The notes below the pieces were generated by a model. The model was not told where the DNA came from, made no database searches, and worked only from the letters and a program-made list of their open reading frames with translations. From a virus (Duplodnaviria > Caudoviricetes): a stretch of 38,467 bases of DNA. The stretch is taken from positions 1-38,467 of the IMG/VR virus record IMGVR_UViG_3300044580_000551; one strand, given 5' to 3'. Position 1 is the first letter of the stretch. Every line of letters begins with the position of its first letter. A program made the translations under genes and the position numbers. Of the stretch, positions 8,792-18,311 are shown one piece after another.

Positions 8792-11314
8792 TTAAAATAA
8801 ATCTATAAACCTTGTTTCGGTCGTGCCGTCCTCGTATTCTATGACTACTTCAACGCCCACCTGGCCGTTTTCGCCCTTTTGGAGGTTTTCGGAAGCGATC
8901 TGCGCCGAAAAGGTGTAGCTTTTGCGCGTTGCCGGGTATACCGTCTGCGACAGGCTCTTTGTCATGCCGGGCACGCCCTCCGCTTTAAAGGAAGCCGTTC
9001 CCGAAACGCCGTTCCCGGTATTCACCTCAAATCCTGAATTGACCCAGTAGGCAAAGCCGTCGTCCGCCCGGGAATTGCGCAGATGGTTGAACGGCACCAT
9101 ATCCTTGATCTCCTGGCGGTCGAGGAGATCGGTTGAAGACAGCGTATCTGCCGCCTTGTCCCACTGTGCCGAAGAATCGCCAAGCTCCCGAAGTTTTGTG
9201 GAAAGCTCGATCACCGTTTTCCATGGCTCCTGAAGGTTGTACTGCCGCCGCACGACGCGGGTCTTAACGGAAAGGCCCAGTTCCTTGTCGTCCACCGTCA
9301 CAATGTCTCCCAGTTTCCACGCTTCATGCTCATAGCCTGTCAGCGCCGACAAATCCATGGCCGACAGCACGTAGGAAACGCGGGGCCGCGAATATTCCGC
9401 AAGCCGCATCCTTGCATATTCCAGCATCTGATACGGATTCGTAAACGCCGAACAGTCAAGCGTCGACACCCTCACTTCGCTGGAAAAGCTGTAATCCTCC
9501 ACATACTCCTTGCCTCCGTTGATGGAAGCAAAGGTCATTCCGTCCTTCCCGTAGACATAAAGCCTTGTCACCAGTTCCCGCGTATCGACGATCCGCTGGA
9601 TGCTTTTTAAATTCTTTCTATACGAAAAAAGCGCTCCGCTGTCAGTACCACTGAAAGTCAAAAGGTGTACCAGCCGGTTTGCGCTGTCAAAAACAAGGTC
9701 GCCGCCGTAGATGTTCTGCACAGCGCGCAAGATGGACAGAGCATTTTTCTCGGTGCACTGCCATGTCCGCTTCGCTGTTACGGTAACATTTCCCGCCGAC
9801 CAGCCGGTACCAAGCAATGCGTATTTCATCGGTACATCTGCAGTATCCGCATTAAAGTCTGCAGGGGCCTTTTCCGCGCTGAAGGACAAGTCATAAAACG
9901 CCGCCTCGGCGTAAACCTGCGTAATGATGCGCCCGTCCTCGCTCTTGTTGTCCGTCAGAGTGCGGATCCGGTAAATGTCGCTTGCGATCTGCACCTGCTT
10001 TTCGTTCTCCAGCGCGTTTCTTTTTGGGTCATGGAACGGAAGCTTGAACTCCAGCGTATCCGCGCCGTTTACCTCGCCGGTAACGATGACGTCAATGGCA
10101 TTTTCAAGGACGGCCTCCCATGCCCCGTTTTCATCCAGTATCACCGGCTGGGCAAAGCCAAGCTTTTCATAGGGCGGCTTAGGGATGTCGTGAAGCTGGA
10201 TTTCCAGCAGTTTCGGCGTTTTTGATGTGTCGGCGGTGGTCAGCGTCACCCGGAAGCGGATGTATTGCCGGTTTGGGGACTGAAGCTCGCCGCTGGTTCC
10301 CACCGCCTGCCATGCCGACCATTCCTGCAAATCGTCGCTCGTGCTGGTCTCTACCAAGGAAACTGACGTTACACCAGCCGTATATTCGCTGGTTGCCGAC
10401 ACACGCCCGCTGCCGGACAACGCGCAGGGCGCCGCCCTGGTGTACAGCACGCCGCTTGCGGGATAAACGCCGTTTGCCGCTTTAAGCGTAACCGATCCCG
10501 GCTCCGTCAGGGCGTCCACGCTTGCGGCGCTGTCTGCGCCGTTCGCCAGCAGCGCGTTCCTAAAATGCTGCGCCAGGTCGTCGATGGTCAGGCGCGAATC
10601 GGTATCCAGAAACCAATCGTCAAAGCCGCCCGCGAAATAATAGGTGTCGGCGTGCATGCCCATGACGATGTTCGCCGTACAGGACGGGTTGAGCGTGCCG
10701 GTAAAGGTGCGCTTGGGGGCAATCCAGACCGCGCCGCTGCCCCGGTCGCAGAGGATAATCTGCGACGTTTTGGCAGTAACCTCAATGACGGCCGCAATGA
10801 AGTACCAGCCGCCGTTTACCATAGAAAAGCTCGGCGTTTCGCTCTGGTCAAGGATCAATGAGCCAGCGGAGTTGTAGAGCATCATGCGCGGCCTGCCCTG
10901 ATAGAGGGACACATAAAAGATTGGCTGGCCGGGTCCTTGCCGGGTGTTAAAGATAGGGCAGTATGTCTGCCCCACCGAATAAGTGGTGGGGTTGATCCAG
11001 CCGCCTACGACAATCCTCTCTCCCAGATTGCTGAAAATGCTGCCGTCGTTGGCAGCTATAAGGTGGGTCTTTTCCGAAGTTGGGTTGACGATGTTTTGAC
11101 GGAAGTATCGCCCGAATCTTCCGGCAATCAGACTCGCCGAAGTGCCCGACCAGCCGGAGACGGTAAAATGCCTGCCATGCCCTGACGAATCCAGAAGCCG
11201 CAGATTGCCGTCCGGCGCGCTTTCGTTGAAGCGCCACAGCGCGGACGTCCGCGCGGTTACAGGAAACTCCCCGGTAAAATCCTCCTGATTCGTCAGGATT
11301 GATTTTATTGCCAT
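8792..11314 (-). CDS. Tail spike/Tal-like protein: N-terminal LamG-like domain, prophage-tail core, C-terminal partial CBM
   Basis: ALWRFNE..GGWYFIA..FAGGFDD (LamG-like); VNGADTLEF, LVTRLYVYGKDG, LGDIVTV (tail core); follows Dit; ATG 11314 after GGAGGTGA. Confidence 0.85.
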   Translation of the reverse strand: MAIKSILTNQEDFTGEFPVTARTSALWRFNESAPDGNLRLLDSSGHGRHFTVSGWSGTSASLIAGRFGRYFRQNIVNPTSEKTHLIAANDGSIFSNLGERIVVGGWINPTTYSVGQTYCPIFNTRQGPGQPIFYVSLYQGRPRMMLYNSAGSLILDQSETPSFSMVNGGWYFIAAVIEVTAKTSQIILCDRGSGAVWIAPKRTFTGTLNPSCTANIVMGMHADTYYFAGGFDDWFLDTDSRLTIDDLAQHFRNALLANGADSAASVDALTEPGSVTLKAANGVYPASGVLYTRAAPCALSGSGRVSATSEYTAGVTSVSLVETSTSDDLQEWSAWQAVGTSGELQSPNRQYIRFRVTLTTADTSKTPKLLEIQLHDIPKPPYEKLGFAQPVILDENGAWEAVLENAIDVIVTGEVNGADTLEFKLPFHDPKRNALENEKQVQIASDIYRIRTLTDNKSEDGRIITQVYAEAAFYDLSFSAEKAPADFNADTADVPMKYALLGTGWSAGNVTVTAKRTWQCTEKNALSILRAVQNIYGGDLVFDSANRLVHLLTFSGTDSGALFSYRKNLKSIQRIVDTRELVTRLYVYGKDGMTFASINGGKEYVEDYSFSSEVRVSTLDCSAFTNPYQMLEYARMRLAEYSRPRVSYVLSAMDLSALTGYEHEAWKLGDIVTVDDKELGLSVKTRVVRRQYNLQEPWKTVIELSTKLRELGDSSAQWDKAADTLSSTDLLDRQEIKDMVPFNHLRNSRADDGFAYWVNSGFEVNTGNGVSGTASFKAEGVPGMTKSLSQTVYPATRKSYTFSAQIASENLQKGENGQVGVEVVIEYEDGTTETRFIDLF

Positions 11315-11318
11315 ACGC

Positions 11319-12092
11319 TCACCTCCATCTGCTTTTCGCCTGTATTTTAAGTTCCGTGAAAACTGCATTTGCCGCGGCAATCTCTATATTGTTCACGCCC
11401 TTCCTGAGGATCGGGAAGTTCAGCTCCCGCAAGCACGGCAGGCCGTTTCTCAGGGTGTTTCCGGCGGCGTCCGTCACCTTGGCGGTCACCATGCCGGAAT
11501 CAATGACCAGCGTCTCGCCCTCCGCCAATGGTCCGGCAATCCGCAATTCCTCTCCATTTGTAATGAGCGAAATATAGCTTGAAGAGGATGTGGAGATCGC
11601 GCCCTTCAAGAGATACACCGGTTCGGAGTCGGCGTTTCCCGTAAGCCTCTCCGCCGCATGAGTTCCTGTTTCGGAAATAACGAATATTTCATCCTCCAGC
11701 GCGTAGGCATACGGGTCGGGGCAGACAAAACGAAGTTCGAAGCTTCCGGCCGTCCGCAGCAGCCGCCCGCAGTCCACCGCTTCCGATAGCCGCGCCATGA
11801 AATAGCGGTCGGGCACGTCGTCGAGGATAAGCTGCTTAAGCCCGTTTGCCGGATTCAGCCATTCGGCTGCGTTATCCAGAACCGATACCAGCTCGGCAAA
11901 GCTGCGCCGGGGAAGCACACTGCAGCTTATGGTTATGTTTCGCTCGGAGATATCGCATCCGAAATCCGCAACGCCCGCTTTGCCCGGCACGGTTTCAAAG
12001 GAGTTGCGCAGGGCAGGGAACACCTGCCATCCGGCAAGCCTTGCCCGTATTTTCATGCTTTGCGACGATATGCCGTTGTAGATAAATCCCAT
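11319..12092 (-). CDS. Distal tail protein (Dit)
   Basis: GFIYNGISS, VPGKAG, DDVPDRYFMA, FVCPDPYAY, ILRKGVNNI; follows tape measure gene. Confidence 0.88.
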   Translation of the reverse strand: MGFIYNGISSQSMKIRARLAGWQVFPALRNSFETVPGKAGVADFGCDISERNITISCSVLPRRSFAELVSVLDNAAEWLNPANGLKQLILDDVPDRYFMARLSEAVDCGRLLRTAGSFELRFVCPDPYAYALEDEIFVISETGTHAAERLTGNADSEPVYLLKGAISTSSSSYISLITNGEELRIAGPLAEGETLVIDSGMVTAKVTDAAGNTLRNGLPCLRELNFPILRKGVNNIEIAAANAVFTELKIQAKSRWR

Positions 12093-12104
12093 AAGCACCC
12101 CCCT

Positions 12105-14393
12105 CTACGCTGTGCTGAAGCGCCCCTGCGCCCTTGATCCGGTCTGCATCAGGTTGTACAGCTCCTGCGAGATCCTGCGGATATCATCCTCGCTGCGCAC
12201 TATCATCTGCTGAACAACGACCAGCGGGCCGGAAGCTGAAGCGGCGGATCCGCCGCGTCCGTTTACGCTAATGTCAGGCGAAATATTAAAGTCCGTCGGC
12301 ACCGCATTTTGCATGTCGTCCGCCACTCTTGCCATGGCCTTGTTAAAGCCCTCGCCGAGGCCCAGCGCCATATTGCCGCCGATGCCTTCAAAAACGGTGG
12401 ACGGGGAGCGGATGCCAAGGAAATTTTTCACGCCGTCGACAATGCCGGAGAAAAAGCCGCTGACCTTATCCCACAGCCAGCTTCCGAGGCTCTTGATGCC
12501 TTCCCAAATACCCCTGACAATGTTCCTGCCGATCTCAACCACCGAAACAACCGCCTTGCCCAAGCCTTCAAGGATGGCCGCAACAATCTGCGGAAGCGCC
12601 TTGACCAGCTCCGGAATAGCTTTGATCAGGCCCACAACCAACTGGACGATAAGCGTAATCCCAAGTTCTACGATCTTCGGAAGGTTGCTTGTCACGAAAT
12701 CAATGATTGACGCGATAATTCGCGGAAGCGCCTCGATAAGCTTTGGCAGAGCGTTTAAAAGTCCCTGCGCCAGCCCCTCGATAATGGCAAAGGCCGCATC
12801 TAAAATTTGATCCATGTTGTCAATAAGCGTTTCGCAAATAAGGATAATAGCTTCAACTACAGCGGGTATCAGTTCCGGAAGCGCCTCTCCGATGCCGGAC
12901 GCCAGCGTCGCAATCATTTGCACCGCGGCTTCCACCAAAGCGGGAAGGTTGTCAATAATCCCCTGCACCAGCGCCATTACAAGCTGCAAAGCGCCGTCGG
13001 TTATCTGCGGCAGTGCGTCGATTAAAGCCTGCAGCAGCGTCATGACAATCCGCACCGCCGCGTCGATAATAACCGGCAGATTGTCCACAATAGCCCCGCC
13101 GATGGAAGTCACGATATCCAGGCCCACCTGAATGAGCTTCGGCAGGTTTTCCATCAGCATATCCACAAGGCTTCCCACCGTATTGCCAATGACCTCGCTT
13201 ATCTTTGTCCAGTCGCCGTTGGCCTCGGACAGTCCCCGCGTAAAATCGCCAAGAAGTGTAACTCCGTCGTCGGCCAATATCTGAAGCTGGGGAAGCAGCA
13301 CGGTGCCCAGCATGTTCTTTGCCGCCTCGCCGCCCGCCTTGAGCCGTTGGATGCTGTCGTCAAATTTTCCGAGGGCGTTCAGTGTATCCTCGCTCATCAC
13401 CGCGCCCATGCGCTTTGCTTCCTCGGTCAGTTCCGCAATGCCTGCAGAACCTTGCGATATAAGGGGATTGAGTTCCTGCGCGGACTTGCCGAAAATCTGC
13501 ATGGCCAGCGCGTCGCGCTCGGTTTCGTTGGACACTTTGCCAAGCGCATCTATGGTTTCCCAGTATACGGCTTTGCTGTCGCGCAGGTTGCCGCTCATGT
13601 CAGTTACCGAAACGCCAAGCCTCCGGTAAGCGTCCGCGATCTCGCCGGTGCCTTTCCGTGCGGAAGACATGGATCTGACGTTCCTTGCCATGCTGCCGGT
13701 TAAAGTGTCCAAGGACACATCCACAAGCTCCGCCGCGTATTTGTACGCCTGCAGGCTGTCGGCGGACATGCCGGTTACGGTCGAGGCGGTAAGGATTTCA
13801 TCGGCATAGGCAGCCGAATTGACCGACATATCCACCAGCGCCTTGCCAGCACCGACTGCCGCCGTGCCGATGGCCGCCAGGGCCGCGCCCATGGCCACGC
13901 CGATCCCTTTCAAAACACCGCCCAATTTTTCAAAACGCCCGCCTGCGTCATCCGCCTGATCCGCGGCATTTTTAATTTCTCTGCCAAATTCGTCCGCCTG
14001 TTTTTCCGCTTCGTCAAACTCTTTTCCCGCATTGTCCAGCGCTTTGTTGTTTGCCTCCAGCTCGCGCTCCATCTTGATTAGTTCCGCTTTGGCGTTGTTG
14101 AGCTGTATCTGCCATGACTGGGTGCGCCTGTCGGTCTCCCCGAAAGAGGAGGCGGCGTTGGCAAGCGCTTTCTCCAATGTGGCAATTTTTTCTTTCTGCG
14201 AGTCGATCTCTTTGCTAAGCACCCTGTTTCGCGCAGCGACAGCTTCAACGGACTTATCCTGCTTATCGAACTGGGATGCAACAAGGTTCATTTCGCTGCC
14301 AAGCACCTTGAAGCTCTGGTTGATTTCCCGGATGGCGTTCTTAAATTCCTTTTCGCCTTCAATCCCGATCTTTAAGCCAAAATCGTCTGCCAC
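12105..14393 (-). CDS. Tape measure protein (762 aa)
   Basis: DFGLKIGIEGEKEFK N-terminus, coiled coil, 11-residue amphipathic repeats, GIRSPSTVF; GTG start after AAGGAGG. Confidence 0.92.
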   Translation of the reverse strand: MADDFGLKIGIEGEKEFKNAIREINQSFKVLGSEMNLVASQFDKQDKSVEAVAARNRVLSKEIDSQKEKIATLEKALANAASSFGETDRRTQSWQIQLNNAKAELIKMERELEANNKALDNAGKEFDEAEKQADEFGREIKNAADQADDAGGRFEKLGGVLKGIGVAMGAALAAIGTAAVGAGKALVDMSVNSAAYADEILTASTVTGMSADSLQAYKYAAELVDVSLDTLTGSMARNVRSMSSARKGTGEIADAYRRLGVSVTDMSGNLRDSKAVYWETIDALGKVSNETERDALAMQIFGKSAQELNPLISQGSAGIAELTEEAKRMGAVMSEDTLNALGKFDDSIQRLKAGGEAAKNMLGTVLLPQLQILADDGVTLLGDFTRGLSEANGDWTKISEVIGNTVGSLVDMLMENLPKLIQVGLDIVTSIGGAIVDNLPVIIDAAVRIVMTLLQALIDALPQITDGALQLVMALVQGIIDNLPALVEAAVQMIATLASGIGEALPELIPAVVEAIILICETLIDNMDQILDAAFAIIEGLAQGLLNALPKLIEALPRIIASIIDFVTSNLPKIVELGITLIVQLVVGLIKAIPELVKALPQIVAAILEGLGKAVVSVVEIGRNIVRGIWEGIKSLGSWLWDKVSGFFSGIVDGVKNFLGIRSPSTVFEGIGGNMALGLGEGFNKAMARVADDMQNAVPTDFNISPDISVNGRGGSAASASGPLVVVQQMIVRSEDDIRRISQELYNLMQTGSRAQGRFSTA

Positions 14394-14419
14394 ATAACCG
14401 CCTCCTTCCTGCAAAATTT

Positions 14420-14611
14420 TTAAATTCCATAAGGTATCACTTCATCTATGGTCAGCTCCCGCTTCGGTTTGGAAATACCTAAGAACTGCTTGTGGCACTC
14501 CCATAAGTCCAGCAGATATCCTATGGGCATAAGCCATGCTTCATCCTCGGTGCGGTTTAGCTGGACGGTACCATAATATATGAGCCGGGTAAACAATTCC
14601 TCATCGCTCAC
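14420..14611 (-). CDS. Tail assembly chaperone, frameshift extension (gpT-like)
   Basis: In the -1 frame of the upstream chaperone, immediately before the tape measure gene. Confidence 0.8.
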   Translation of the reverse strand: MSDEELFTRLIYYGTVQLNRTEDEAWLMPIGYLLDLWECHKQFLGISKPKRELTIDEVIPYGI

Positions 14612-14629
14612 CCGGCTGGTGTGTTTTTT
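14583..14629 (-). other. Programmed -1 ribosomal frameshift signal
   Basis: A AAA AAC at 14629-14623, then after 5 nt a 15-bp stem AGCCGGGTGAGCGAT-gagga-ATTGTTTACCCGGCT. Confidence 0.85.
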
Positions 14630-14991
14630 AAGTCATCCTCACTTTCAACGTTTCTTTTGGTACCCTTGAACATCGCTTCCATGATAGCGTCTTTGTATGC
14701 CGCCAGCTCCAGCGGGGATGTGAGAAGCTCCACCGTCTCCTCAGTCAGAAGCTCCCGCTTATCCTGATTTTTCAGATTGTGTATCAGAATGCTCTGGTTG
14801 GCCAGCAGCGTAATCAGCCATACCACTTCGTCCAGCGCCATCTCGAAGTTCTCGCTTTTCATCAGTTTCGTGCCGAGATTTTCAAGACCGCCGTACCTTT
14901 TAGCGATTTCCTTTGTCGCTCTGGTGGTTAGAATAAGCTGGTACTCTTCGCCGCCGATGCTGATGCTTGCGCTTCTGTCATTATCCTGCAT
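14608..14991 (-). CDS. Tail assembly chaperone (gpG-like)
   Basis: Between major tail and tape measure genes; ends in slippery LKN codons. Confidence 0.85.
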   Translation of the reverse strand: MQDNDRSASISIGGEEYQLILTTRATKEIAKRYGGLENLGTKLMKSENFEMALDEVVWLITLLANQSILIHNLKNQDKRELLTEETVELLTSPLELAAYKDAIMEAMFKGTKRNVESEDDLKNTPAG

Positions 14992-14993
14992 TA

Positions 14994-15590
14994 TTAGCTT
15001 CCTCCTCCCACAGCAAAGACAGGCTCATACACTTCGTTGAACCAGCCGGTAATAGTGGCAGGCAATACGCCGGGATCGTCCTCGCTGACCTCCGCCTTCC
15101 ACGGATGCCTGCCCTGGCCGTCCGGCTTGTTGCGCCGCATAACCGTTCCCTCAATGGTAGGTGTCGAAAAGGTAATGCTGTCGCCTTTCGTCTGCAGATT
15201 TGCCGCCGGGATGCCGAATTTTACCCTGTACAGCCAGAAGTACCTGTACTTGCCGTTAGCTTTCTTGGCTCTAAAGCCAATTGCCACAGGAGCGCCTCCG
15301 TCCTCGCTGGCGGAAATCAGCACCTTGTTGTCGTCAATGGTGGCTCCCGTCAGAACCTCGGCTGCGGCGACGCCGATATCGTCCACGCCCAGCGATAGGG
15401 TGCCGGATTGAAACTCCTTGACGATCTCCGCCGCGCCGTCGTCGGCGTAAAGCGTCGCCTCGGCCAGTTCCACCGAAAGCTCCGCCGTAATCGCCTTGGC
15501 CAGCGGAACAGGCGTGCCGTAGGTTTCTTCCCCGTTTTCATTCTCGGTTATTTTTGCATAATACAACCTGTCCAGTCCGATTGTCGCCAT
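14994..15590 (-). CDS. Major tail protein (phi13-like family)
   Basis: IGLDRLYYA, LYADDG, VAIGFRA, YFWLYRVKF, TKGDSITF. Confidence 0.92.
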   Translation of the reverse strand: MATIGLDRLYYAKITENENGEETYGTPVPLAKAITAELSVELAEATLYADDGAAEIVKEFQSGTLSLGVDDIGVAAAEVLTGATIDDNKVLISASEDGGAPVAIGFRAKKANGKYRYFWLYRVKFGIPAANLQTKGDSITFSTPTIEGTVMRRNKPDGQGRHPWKAEVSEDDPGVLPATITGWFNEVYEPVFAVGGGS

Positions 15591-15595
15591 GCCTC

Positions 15596-15940
15596 TCATT
15601 CCTCCTTTACTTCATATTCTTTTGCCACATCGATGGCATAGTGGTGATAGCCGGTATCGTCTTCGTGCCCGATATACCGCCGGTCTGTGATAGTGAAGTC
15701 CGCGTTCAGCAGCGCCTTCACCAACTGATTTTTGAGAGTCATATAATTGCCCTTGACAAACAAAGACAACCGCGCCTCTTGCACTTCATGGCGAGGACGG
15801 TTGTCGGCAAAGACTTCAAAGGTATCCGCCAGCGGCATGATCACGAGGTACTCATCCGGCGGTACGCCGCTGAATACGCCGGTTTCAACAGGGATGCTCA
15901 GTGTTTCCACTATGGAATTTATCTCAGACAATATGCTCAT
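15596..15940 (-). CDS. Tail completion/terminator protein
   Basis: Position before major tail gene; HEDDTGYHH motif. Confidence 0.75.
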   Translation of the reverse strand: MSILSEINSIVETLSIPVETGVFSGVPPDEYLVIMPLADTFEVFADNRPRHEVQEARLSLFVKGNYMTLKNQLVKALLNADFTITDRRYIGHEDDTGYHHYAIDVAKEYEVKEE

Positions 15941-16368
15941 ATCCGCCCCAGCTCCTCTTCAAGCCTTGCTTTCATCGCCTCGATGCAGGGCTTCCTCGAA
16001 GCCGATTTCGCCGGTTTCAAAAACGGCTTTGCGGGCTGTCCGGACTTGCCGTATTCGATGATATTGGCAATCATGGCGTTGCTTTCTCCGTCTTTTCTCG
16101 GCTCCGAAAAGCCTATTTTAATATTGTGGTTTCCGTCCCTGTCCTGCTTGGCAGGGGAGAGGCCCAAAGCGTTTACCAATTCTCCCGTTGTTCTGGACGG
16201 GTATTTAGTGCCGCTTCCGATGACCGACTGCAGGTTGGACTTCACTTTGGAAAGCACCATTTCTCCGCCCGCCTCCAGTACCTTTGGTATGATCTCGTCT
16301 GTCTTTTCTCCAAGCCTGGAAAGCCGGAGCAAAAACTCCTCCGGCATTTTTACATCAACCTTAGCCAC
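15937..16368 (-). CDS. HK97 gp10-like neck protein
   Basis: TGEL..., IEYGKSGQPAKPFLKPA. Confidence 0.85.
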   Translation of the reverse strand: MAKVDVKMPEEFLLRLSRLGEKTDEIIPKVLEAGGEMVLSKVKSNLQSVIGSGTKYPSRTTGELVNALGLSPAKQDRDGNHNIKIGFSEPRKDGESNAMIANIIEYGKSGQPAKPFLKPAKSASRKPCIEAMKARLEEELGRI

Positions 16369-16385
16369 GTCGCAGCCACCTCCAG

Positions 16386-16721
16386 TTACGTACCGCTTGA
16401 TTTCACTTTCTCCGCAAGCGCCTCAATATACATCCCGCGCCCCTTTACATCCTCAACGCTGACAATGTTGTATCTGCCATCGCTGCAAACGAGTATAAGA
16501 TCAGTGGTGATTTCAAGGTTCGGGATCCTGCGGAAACGGAACAGGGCGGACGCCTGCGAAAACGCCGCCCTGTTTGCCCATTTTTCACTGCCATGCCTGT
16601 CTTCCTTGTATGCCCTTACCGAAGCGAGAATGACATCACCTTTTTCAGCAAAACCCTCACTATCCTTAACCGGCTTGGTTGAGATGATGTCAACAAAGGT
16701 GTTCATTTTCCCAAAGCTCAT
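16386..16721 (-). CDS. Head closure / head-tail adaptor
   Basis: KDSEGF, FRFRR, GRYNIVSV; position. Confidence 0.82.
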   Translation of the reverse strand: MSFGKMNTFVDIISTKPVKDSEGFAEKGDVILASVRAYKEDRHGSEKWANRAAFSQASALFRFRRIPNLEITTDLILVCSDGRYNIVSVEDVKGRGMYIEALAEKVKSSGT

Positions 16722-16724
16722 TCA

Positions 16725-17033
16725 TCAAACCCTCCAGTCCTTGTCCAGCCGCAGCAGCATATTCACCGTATTCCATACCTGCTGTCCCGCCTGTACGCTA
16801 TCCCCGAAAAAACCAGCCGTCGAGCCATCCCTGCTTTCGTAGAAATGGCTCGACAGCATAATGACAGCCTGTTCAGTTGTGGGCGGCATGGGGTTTTCGG
16901 CATAATACCCCTCCGGCTTTTTCTGATAGCTCTCCGCATAGGCCACTGCGGCTTTGATGTATTCCTGCAGAAGCGCGTCATCTTCACTGTGCTGCAGTAT
17001 GAGGTTGGCTTTGACTTTTTCTATAAGTTCCAT
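16725..17033 (-). CDS. Head-tail connector (gp6-like)
   Basis: VKANL..EDDALL..AA..YAE, QAVIML..HFYESR. Confidence 0.88.
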   Translation of the reverse strand: MELIEKVKANLILQHSEDDALLQEYIKAAVAYAESYQKKPEGYYAENPMPPTTEQAVIMLSSHFYESRDGSTAGFFGDSVQAGQQVWNTVNMLLRLDKDWRV

Positions 17034-17054
17034 GCCGCAGCTCTCCGTTTCTTA

Positions 17055-18251
17055 TTAGGATGCCTTCTGCTGAAGAATTTTGACTGCCTCGGCCAGCACC
17101 AGCTTGCCGTCCACGCGCTGGGTTGCCATGAAGCCTACCTGACCGGTAGCGGCATACAGCTCGTTGAGTCGCTTAAAAACCCTGCCCTGGCGGTCTGCCA
17201 CCCAGTAGTAGGAAAAATCGCCGAACACAATGGTCTTGGCTCCGGCGGCAATGGCAGGCATGTAGGCCGACGTCCTGACCGGGCGGTTGAGGATGGTGTC
17301 AGGCGTTCCGGCGGTAACGGAAGGCTGCCAGAGGTATTGGCCGTTGTTGTCTTTAAGCTTCCTGATGGCCTTGACGGTCGAATCGTTCATGATAAATACG
17401 GCGTTCCTGCGGTAGGGAGACTTAAGGCTGTAGAACAAATCCATAATCTCGTCAAGGGTAATGGCTGTCGCACTTGCCGCGGTAACGCCCACCTGGCCGC
17501 CTCCGTTATTGGCCAAAATTCCGGTCGGCTTGCCGGAGCCGTCGCCGACAAAGAAAGCTTCCTCCTCTTTGGCCCCTATGCGGCGGGCAAACTCTTTGGC
17601 GATATACTGCTCCAGATTGAATACGCTGTCGTTTAAGAGCTCCTCGGACACCTTGATCATGGTGGCCAGCTTGTAGGCTCCGATGGATACCTGTGCGAAG
17701 GAGTCGTCGCTTTCCGGGATCTGGCCTTCCTCGTCCACCCAAGATGCGGTGCCCTTGCTTGCCACCACCGGAATTTTTCTGTCTCCGCTGGACGTTGTAA
17801 TGACATTGGCAATCTGGCGGAAGATATTCTCCTCTTCCAGCGCTTCCACAAGAGTGCGCTCAAATTCGTCGGGGACAAGATACCCGCCTTCGCTTTCAGT
17901 TCCTACCTGCAAGGCGTTCTGTACGTCAAAACTGAGTTTGTTGCGCATGGCCTTCCAAAACGCATTCTTATACTCGTCAGTTGCCCTGCCGGTTTTGGTT
18001 TCGCTTTGAGGAGCGGGTTTGTTGGTGATCGGATTGCTGACCGGCTTTGATAGTTCCAAGTCAATGGCAGCCTGACGCTCGAGACGTTCGATTTCTTTGC
18101 CCAGCGCAATAACATCAGCTTCCATTTTCTCATAGGCCGCGGTGTCCTCCGGTGAAAGCAATCCGTCGCTCCCGCGTTTGCTGTCAAGGAAAGCCTTAGC
18201 GGCTTCCCATGCTTTCGCGCGTTTTTCGCGCAGTTCCAGTATTTTGCTCAT
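17055..18251 (-). CDS. Major capsid protein, HK97 fold
   Basis: Coiled-coil delta domain, GGYLVP, VSEELLNDS, GDGSGKPTGI, FGDFS, RVDG. Confidence 0.96.
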   Translation of the reverse strand: MSKILELREKRAKAWEAAKAFLDSKRGSDGLLSPEDTAAYEKMEADVIALGKEIERLERQAAIDLELSKPVSNPITNKPAPQSETKTGRATDEYKNAFWKAMRNKLSFDVQNALQVGTESEGGYLVPDEFERTLVEALEEENIFRQIANVITTSSGDRKIPVVASKGTASWVDEEGQIPESDDSFAQVSIGAYKLATMIKVSEELLNDSVFNLEQYIAKEFARRIGAKEEEAFFVGDGSGKPTGILANNGGGQVGVTAASATAITLDEIMDLFYSLKSPYRRNAVFIMNDSTVKAIRKLKDNNGQYLWQPSVTAGTPDTILNRPVRTSAYMPAIAAGAKTIVFGDFSYYWVADRQGRVFKRLNELYAATGQVGFMATQRVDGKLVLAEAVKILQQKAS

Positions 18252-18278
18252 GTTCAAATCCTCCTTACGGTTTTATTT

Positions 18279-18311
18279 GGGGTCCCTGCTAAATCGCAGA
18301 TTTAGTGGGGT
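18279..18311. repeat. 33-bp palindromic element GGGGTCCC-hairpin-TGGGGT (copy A)
   Basis: GGGGTCCCTG CTAAATC gca GATTTAG TGGGGT; same ends as 35601-35630. Confidence 0.7.

Noticed and set aside
2351-8794. Genome-wide stop-codon reassignment suggested by several in-frame gene junctions
   Set aside because: Junction stops are of different types, downstream genes have their own starts, and conserved genes are uninterrupted in the standard code.
12450-13200. Periodic repeats in the tape measure gene
   Set aside because: Ordinary amphipathic repeats of tape measure proteins.
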